Both the position numbers and the translations under genes were made by a program. From the IMG/VR virus record IMGVR_UViG_3300047300_000501, positions 10,203 through 74,202 of that record: a stretch of DNA of 64,000 nt. One strand, given 5' to 3'. Source of the stretch: a virus. The notes beneath the pieces were generated by a model. The model did not search any database, had not been told where the DNA came from, and was given only the letters and a program-made list of their open reading frames with translations. Below are positions 58,355 through 64,000 of the stretch, in pieces. Positions within the stretch are counted from its first letter, which is position 1; each line of letters opens with the position of its first letter.

Positions 58355-59155
58355 ATGACAAAAAGTTTATTACAGCAGGTTATGCTTAAGGGAAGTCCTA
58401 AGAAAGAGGCTCACCCAATTGATCCAAGTGGATTGATTACAGCAATTGAAAAAGGCTATACAGCACCAAGAGTAACAAAGTTTACAACCAAGAAGACTTT
58501 TGCTCCATCAACACTTGCATATTCACATGGAGAGTGTGCACGATATTGGTATATCGCATTTGATGGTGCAGACTTTGAAGACAATTCAGATGCATATGGT
58601 GTTGCAAATATGACATCAGGTACTTTGTCTCACGGAAGAATTCAAAAGGCAATGAGAGATGCTGGAATTCTAATTGAAGATGAGTTTAAAATTACTTATC
58701 CAGATCCACCAATCTTTGGATATGGAGATGTAATGCTAGACTGGCAAGGAGAACCACTCCTTGGTGAAATTAAGACCATGATGAGTGAAGCCTTTGAATA
58801 TAGAAAGGCAGCAGGAAAACCAAAGACTGGCCACCTGATTCAGTTGCTTATTTATATGAAGATTCTAAAGAAGAAGAATGCAGTATTTATTTATGAAAAT
58901 AAAAACAATCACGAACTGCTAATTCTTCCAGTAGAAGTAAATGATTATTATGTTCGGTGGGTAGACCAAGCATTTGATTGGATGAGAGAAGTTCGTAAGG
59001 CATGGGTTGATAGAACACTGCCAAAGAAAAATTATAGATCCAATTCCAAGATATGCAAAACTTGCCCTGTACAAAAGGCATGCGCTAATGCTGGCGATGG
59101 AACTATAAAAATTAGTCCTCTGGAGCCACTAGATGAAAAACTGTCAATGGTGTGA
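58355..59155 (+). CDS. Cas4-like PD-(D/E)XK exonuclease
   Basis: ECARYWY, GYGD...GEIKT, QLLIYM, C..CP....C; promoter TGATATACT 58322..58330. Confidence 0.85.
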   Translation: MTKSLLQQVMLKGSPKKEAHPIDPSGLITAIEKGYTAPRVTKFTTKKTFAPSTLAYSHGECARYWYIAFDGADFEDNSDAYGVANMTSGTLSHGRIQKAMRDAGILIEDEFKITYPDPPIFGYGDVMLDWQGEPLLGEIKTMMSEAFEYRKAAGKPKTGHLIQLLIYMKILKKKNAVFIYENKNNHELLILPVEVNDYYVRWVDQAFDWMREVRKAWVDRTLPKKNYRSNSKICKTCPVQKACANAGDGTIKISPLEPLDEKLSMV

Positions 59156-59417
59156 TAGTGATTTTATTTCAGAAGTAAGTTATCAAATTTACTGCTCATC
59201 TGAATGTAGAGAATCTGCAACAAAAGAAAAAATTGCTGCAAGATATCTTGTCACTAGAAGACAAAAAAGATTAGGTAAAGTCAGGAAATGTAAATCTTGC
59301 AATAAAGATTTATCTATCTATAATGATGAAGAACTTTGTCATGACTGTAACATTAATCCAAAAGAAGTAACCAAAGCATTAAAAGATATCAAAGGACTTA
59401 TGAATGGTAAAAAATAA
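59133..59417 (+). CDS. Cys-rich zinc-binding protein
   Basis: CQWC, YCSSEC, CKSC, CHDC. Confidence 0.6.
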   Translation: MKNCQWCDSDFISEVSYQIYCSSECRESATKEKIAARYLVTRRQKRLGKVRKCKSCNKDLSIYNDEELCHDCNINPKEVTKALKDIKGLMNGKK

Positions 59418-60000
59418 ATGGGGCTTAGAACTTCCCCCATCAACCATTTGTTCTATAGATGCTAGCACTAACAGTCTTGCATTTGCTTTGTTTGATACTA
59501 AACAAAAAACTTTGGGTGTAGTTGGAAAGATCAATTTTGTTGGCAGCGATACCTACGAAAAGGTTATGGATGCTGGCAAAAAGGTAAAGGCGTTCTTTGA
59601 TTACTATGGTGGGTTTGAGGCAATAGTAATTGAGCATACAGTATTCATGAATAGCCCCAAGACTGCTGCAGATCTTGCATTAGTTCAAGGGGCTATTCTT
59701 GGGGCTGCAGGACAGTCTGGAACCAAAGTTATAGGTAAGGTGGCACCAATAACTTGGCAAAATTATATTGGCAATAAAAAAATTTCCAAAGATGAAAAGT
59801 TATTTATTAGATCTCAGAATCCAGGAAGATCTGAGTCATGGCTTAAGTCTTACGAAAGAGAATTAAGAAAACAGAGAACTATTAAGTTTATTAATACTAT
59901 TTATGATAGGACCATTGTAGATAACGATGTTGCAGATGCCTGTGGAATTGGTCATTGGGCACTACAAAACTGGGGTAAAGCGATTGGAGTTGACAAATAA
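59404..60000 (+). CDS. RuvC-like Holliday junction resolvase
   Basis: SIDAST, IVIEH, LALVQGAI, DVADACGIG. Confidence 0.8.
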   Translation: MVKNKWGLELPPSTICSIDASTNSLAFALFDTKQKTLGVVGKINFVGSDTYEKVMDAGKKVKAFFDYYGGFEAIVIEHTVFMNSPKTAADLALVQGAILGAAGQSGTKVIGKVAPITWQNYIGNKKISKDEKLFIRSQNPGRSESWLKSYERELRKQRTIKFINTIYDRTIVDNDVADACGIGHWALQNWGKAIGVDK

Positions 60001-60004
60001 TATT

Positions 60005-60160
60005 ATGGCTGCTAAACTATATACATCAGAGACTTTTATGCGTAAGAGATACCTTATGGACAAAAAGACTCCAGAAGAGATTGCAAAGGAGTGTGGATGC
60101 ACTGTGGAGACAGTATATGTATACCTTGCTAAGTTTGGATTAAGGAAGTCAAAGCGATGA
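60005..60160 (+). CDS. small HTH protein
   Basis: KTPEEIAKECGCTVETVYVYL.KFGL. Confidence 0.7.
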   Translation: MAAKLYTSETFMRKRYLMDKKTPEEIAKECGCTVETVYVYLAKFGLRKSKR

Positions 60161-60399
60161 GTGAAAACTTAAATATTACGGTTGACCAAGTTAACCATCC
60201 AGCACACTATATTTCAGATCCATCTGGTGTAGAGTGTATTCAGATTACTCGTCATCGCAATTTTAATATTGGCAATGCGTTTAAGTACCTTTGGAGAGCG
60301 GGACTTAAAGATGAGTCAAAGACTATTCAAGATCTTGAGAAAGCAATTTTTTATATTAAAGATGAGATTAACAGGCTAGAGGGCAAGTATGTCAACTGA
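60157..60399 (+). CDS. DUF3310 protein
   Basis: DQVNHPAHY...VECI...FNIGNAFKYLWRAGLK...DLEKA.FY. Confidence 0.85.
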   Translation: MSENLNITVDQVNHPAHYISDPSGVECIQITRHRNFNIGNAFKYLWRAGLKDESKTIQDLEKAIFYIKDEINRLEGKYVN

Positions 60400-60922
60400 A
60401 GAAGAACTTGTCAAGCATCTAGATCAAGTTAACCTAGTTGTTGAAGAATACTTAAAGGGTAATGATCCAACAGTAATATCAAAACAATTGTCTATTCCTA
60501 GACAAAAGGTCGTTACTCTCATTAACGAGTGGAAAGTAATGGCATCTGCAAATGATGCTATTCGTGCTAGGGCAAAAGAAGCACTGGCTTCTATGGATGC
60601 TCACTATGGCAAATTAATTTCTAAAACATACGAAGTAATTGATGAAGCATCAATGACTAATAACCTGACTGCAAAGACTGCAGCAATTAAACTTGTTATG
60701 GACATTGAATCAAAGCGCATTGATATGCTACAGAAGGCTGGACTTCTTGAAAATAAGGAGTTGGCTGAAGAGATGATGGAAATTGAAAAGCGTCAAGAAG
60801 TTCTTATGGCAATCTTAAAGGATATTGCATCAGAGTATCCACAGGTACGTGATGAGATCATGAGAAGGTTATCTGCTATTGCTAAAAAGGATGAAGTTAT
60901 TACGGTAGTCCACGATGTTTGA
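60389..60922 (+). CDS. putative terminase small subunit
   Basis: N-terminal HTH, helical body; overlaps the large subunit start. Confidence 0.55.
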   Translation: MSTEEELVKHLDQVNLVVEEYLKGNDPTVISKQLSIPRQKVVTLINEWKVMASANDAIRARAKEALASMDAHYGKLISKTYEVIDEASMTNNLTAKTAAIKLVMDIESKRIDMLQKAGLLENKELAEEMMEIEKRQEVLMAILKDIASEYPQVRDEIMRRLSAIAKKDEVITVVHDV

Positions 60923-62684
60923 TGAGTTTTTAGAGGCACTGCAAGACAGTCCATTTGAAGAAATACCAGTAGATGCTAAAACATTTGTTGAGGGTGAGCA
61001 ATACCTCAATCAGCCTGGCCTATCTGAAATTCAGTACGACATTGTAGAAGCAATGAGTCAGATTTATAGAAAAGAAGAACTGCAACAAGTTTTTGGTGAA
61101 GTCGAAGGAGCAAGATATTTTGAAAAATACACAAAGAATGAAATCATTCTACAACTTGGCAAAGGTAGCGGTAAAGATTTCACCTCTACTGTGGCTTGCG
61201 CTTATATTGTATATAAGTTACTTTGTCTCAAGGATCCAGCAAGATACTTCGGAAAGCCCTCTGGAGATGCTATAGACCTTATTAACGTTGCTATTAACGC
61301 TCAACAGGCTAAGAACGTTTTCTTTAAAGGTTTTAAGACAAAGATTGAGAAGTCTCCGTGGTTTGCTGGCAAGTATAATCCAAAAGCAGATTCGATTGAG
61401 TTTGATAAAAGCATTACGGTTTACTCTGGTCACTCAGAGCGTGAATCACATGAGGGACTTAACCTTTTATTGGCAGTGCTTGATGAGATCTCTGGTTTTG
61501 CAACTGAAATCGGAACTGGTAATGATCAGGGTAAGACTGCTGACAATATCTACAAGGCATTCCGTGCATCTGTAGACTCTCGTTTCCCTGATCTTGGCAA
61601 GGTAGTTTTGCTTTCATTCCCTCGTTTTCAAGGTGACTTTATCTCACAAAGATATGATGATGTAGTAGTAGAAAAAGATGTTATAGACAAGCAGCATACT
61701 TTTATTATTAATCCATTGCTACCAGAAGATGACAAAGATAATCAGTTGCATATTGAATGGACTGAAGAGCATATCAAGTCATATAAGTATCCAGGAGTGT
61801 TTGCACTTAAGAGGCCAACATGGGATGTTAACCCAACAAGAAAAATTGATGATTTTAAGATTGCATTCTTAACAGACTTAGGAGATGCAATGCAGCGATT
61901 TGCTTGTGTTCCAACATATGCATCAGATGCATTTTTTAAGCAGGCAGATAAAGTTAGATCATGCATGACATTAAGAAACCCAATTGACAACTTTAGACGA
62001 TTTGATGAATCATTCAAACCAGATCCTGATAAAATTTATTATGTACACGCTGACCTTGCACAAAAACATGACAAGTGTGCAGTTGCAATTGCTCACGTAG
62101 ATAAATGGGTAAACATTCAGGTAATTAATAATTATGAACAGGTAGCACCTATTGTAGTAGTAGACGCAGTAGCATGGTGGGAGCCAAAGGTTGAAGGCCC
62201 AGTAAATCTATCTGAGGTTAAGCAGTGGATTCAAAACCTTCGCAGACTTGGATTTAATATTGGAATTGTTTCATTTGACCGTTGGCAGTCATTTGATATT
62301 CAAAATGAATTAAAACAGGTAGGAATGAGAACTGATACTGTTTCTGTTGCTAAAAAGCATTATGAAGATATGGCTATGCTTGTATATGAGGAAAGACTTG
62401 CCATGCCATCAATTGACCTGCTGTTTGAGGAATTAACAGAACTTAAGATTATGAAAAATGATAGAGTTGACCACCCTCGCAAAAAGTCTAAGGACTTAGC
62501 AGATGCTGTGTGTGGGGCAATATTTGGGGCTATTTCGCATACCCCAAAGGATCTTAATCAAGAAATTGAGATCCACACCTTTAGGGATCGACCAAAAGTT
62601 GACACCCAAAAGGATAACGTGATACAATATAAACCTATGCCAAATGAAGTAAAAGACTATTTGGATAGATTCAATCTACTATAA
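60915..62684 (+). CDS. terminase large subunit
   Basis: LGKGSGKD Walker A, AVLDE Walker B, HADLAQKHD, SFDRWQS, KDLADA. Confidence 0.9.
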   Translation: MFDEFLEALQDSPFEEIPVDAKTFVEGEQYLNQPGLSEIQYDIVEAMSQIYRKEELQQVFGEVEGARYFEKYTKNEIILQLGKGSGKDFTSTVACAYIVYKLLCLKDPARYFGKPSGDAIDLINVAINAQQAKNVFFKGFKTKIEKSPWFAGKYNPKADSIEFDKSITVYSGHSERESHEGLNLLLAVLDEISGFATEIGTGNDQGKTADNIYKAFRASVDSRFPDLGKVVLLSFPRFQGDFISQRYDDVVVEKDVIDKQHTFIINPLLPEDDKDNQLHIEWTEEHIKSYKYPGVFALKRPTWDVNPTRKIDDFKIAFLTDLGDAMQRFACVPTYASDAFFKQADKVRSCMTLRNPIDNFRRFDESFKPDPDKIYYVHADLAQKHDKCAVAIAHVDKWVNIQVINNYEQVAPIVVVDAVAWWEPKVEGPVNLSEVKQWIQNLRRLGFNIGIVSFDRWQSFDIQNELKQVGMRTDTVSVAKKHYEDMAMLVYEERLAMPSIDLLFEELTELKIMKNDRVDHPRKKSKDLADAVCGAIFGAISHTPKDLNQEIEIHTFRDRPKVDTQKDNVIQYKPMPNEVKDYLDRFNLL

Positions 62685-62702
62685 ACAAGAAAAGGAAATA
62701 AG

Positions 62703-63791
62703 ATGAATTCACTTAAGAAGATCTCGATTGCTACTGCTGCAGCCCTAGCAATCATGGGAGTTTCTGTAGCACCTTCTTCGGCAGCACCGCTTGCCGTTAC
62801 AGTTGCAACAGTAACTAACGCAACAACTGCTGCAGCACCTGCAACAGTTGCAGTACCAGCAGCAAACCAGATTACATCTGGAACATCAGTTGCAATCGCA
62901 GCAACAGCAGACACAGGAACAGTAGTTTCATTTGAGGCATCATCAACAGTTAAGTTGGTAACAGCACTTCACACAACAGATGCACCTAAGACAGTTGCAT
63001 CAGGCGTATCAACACACTCAGTAACCTCAGCAGGTTCAGCAGTTACTGTATATGCATACACAACGACAACAGCAGTTGGTTCCGTAACAATCAAGAACGG
63101 ATCATACTCAACAATCGTTTACATCAAGGGTACCGCTGGAGCAGCATCAAACGTTGCAGTTTCAGTGCCTGCTGCTACAGCAGTGGGAACAATCCCAACA
63201 ATCACAGTTTCAGCAACAGACGTTTTTGGTAACGCAATCCTTACAGGTGAGACCATTACTGCTACAGTAATTGGATCAACATTCTCTGATGGAACAGTTA
63301 CAAAGACACTTGTTACATCAACAACAGCAGAAGCAACTGCAGATACAACTTTGGTCGCAGGATCAAAGACAGCATCTCTTGCAACAGCAGTTGCTGGTTC
63401 AGTAACAGTAGTTGTTACAGGAGCCACAGCAGCAACAGCAGTAACTGGTCTTACAGCACCAGTAAAGGCTGCATCAGCAACATTTGTTGTTTCAGATCTC
63501 AATGGAACAATTGCTAAGTTGACAGCAGATCTTGCTGCAGAGAAGGCTGGACGTGCACTTGATGCACAGACAGCAGCCACAGTTCTTGCAGCAGCAAAGG
63601 CAGAAGCAGCAAAGGCACTTGCAGATGCAAAGGCTCTTTCAGATAAGGCACTTGCTGATGAAAAGTCCGCACATGAAGCAACTAAGGTTGCAGCAGCAGC
63701 AAAGGCTAAGACAGATGCAGCAACAATTGCAGCATTGACAAAGCGTCTTGCAGCAGCAAACAAGTTACTTCCTGCATCAAAGCGTAAGTAA
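62703..63791 (+). CDS. secreted Ala/Thr/Val-rich surface (S-layer-like) protein
   Basis: Signal peptide MNSLKKISIATAAALAIMGVSVAPSSA|A; Ig-like TVSATDVFGN; C-terminal Ala/Lys coiled coil. Confidence 0.7.
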   Translation: MNSLKKISIATAAALAIMGVSVAPSSAAPLAVTVATVTNATTAAAPATVAVPAANQITSGTSVAIAATADTGTVVSFEASSTVKLVTALHTTDAPKTVASGVSTHSVTSAGSAVTVYAYTTTTAVGSVTIKNGSYSTIVYIKGTAGAASNVAVSVPAATAVGTIPTITVSATDVFGNAILTGETITATVIGSTFSDGTVTKTLVTSTTAEATADTTLVAGSKTASLATAVAGSVTVVVTGATAATAVTGLTAPVKAASATFVVSDLNGTIAKLTADLAAEKAGRALDAQTAATVLAAAKAEAAKALADAKALSDKALADEKSAHEATKVAAAAKAKTDAATIAALTKRLAAANKLLPASKRK

Positions 63792-63805
63792 ATAGTCCAA
63801 CAATT

Positions 63806-63836
63806 AGGGGAGTCAGGAAACTGGCTCCCTTTTTTG
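63806..63836 (+). terminator. intrinsic terminator
   Basis: gggagtcag-gaaa-ctggctccc followed by tttttt. Confidence 0.85.
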
Positions 63837-63846
63837 TATAATAAAA

Positions 63847-63855
63847 TGCTATAAT
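63847..63855 (+). promoter_or_regulatory. extended -10 promoter
   Basis: TGCTATAAT just after the terminator. Confidence 0.6.
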
Positions 63856-63893
63856 AATCCTATCAGACATCTAGTCTGCAAGGGGGAAAGGAA

Positions 63894-64000
63894 ATAAAGC
63901 GATTAATACTAAGATCAGCATTTATAACAGCACTTTTAGCCTTATGGTTACTACTAGTTCCACAAGATACGGCTCACGCTGACGAAATCTCTACTGTCCA
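63894..64000 (+). CDS. 5' end of a secreted protein, truncated by window edge
   Basis: (I)KRLILRSAFITALLALWLLLVPQDTAHA|DEISTV, a classic Sec signal peptide; purine-rich SD upstream. Confidence 0.55.
   Translation, partial: MKRLILRSAFITALLALWLLLVPQDTAHADEISTV

Noticed and set aside
58355-59155. CRISPR-Cas locus
   Set aside because: Solo Cas4-like nuclease in a recombination module; no other cas genes or array.
63119-63763. 214-aa minus-strand ORF
   Set aside because: Antisense shadow of the gca/aca-rich surface protein gene.
1-64000. tRNA/rRNA genes, integrase or transposase
   Set aside because: Intergenic gaps are short and explained by promoters and terminators; no such motifs recognised by eye.

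Overview
AT-rich segment of a large tailed (siphovirus-like) dsDNA phage, probably infecting freshwater Actinobacteria. The inference rests on a replication/structural gene set resembling large actinophages (DnaE, RecA, DnaB, class II RNR, Cas4-like nuclease, RuvC), leaderless extended -10 promoters, and a host-like Ala/Thr-rich surface protein. Layout: (1) 1-4049, end of a Hint-domain precursor gene plus a tailoring-enzyme cassette; (2) a lytic transglycosylase and a tail-fibre module; (3) 10858-16512, a complete FN3-(FSPF[G/S])x10-Hint precursor plus a second tailoring cassette; (4) RNR; (5) portal, protease, capsid, tail and tape-measure genes; (6) replication/recombination genes containing three more oxygenases; (7) terminase and secreted proteins. 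The most notable element is a duplicated candidate system: a self-cleaving Hint protein carrying a Phe/Ser/Pro pentapeptide array, encoded beside prolyl-hydroxylase-like 2OG-Fe(II) oxygenases, a GT60-like (hydroxyproline GlcNAc-transferase-like) enzyme, a GT61-JmjC fusion and an SGNH enzyme. This suggests a phage-encoded pathway that hydroxylates and glycosylates a peptide or virion protein. All family calls come from motifs recognised by eye; no database searches were run.
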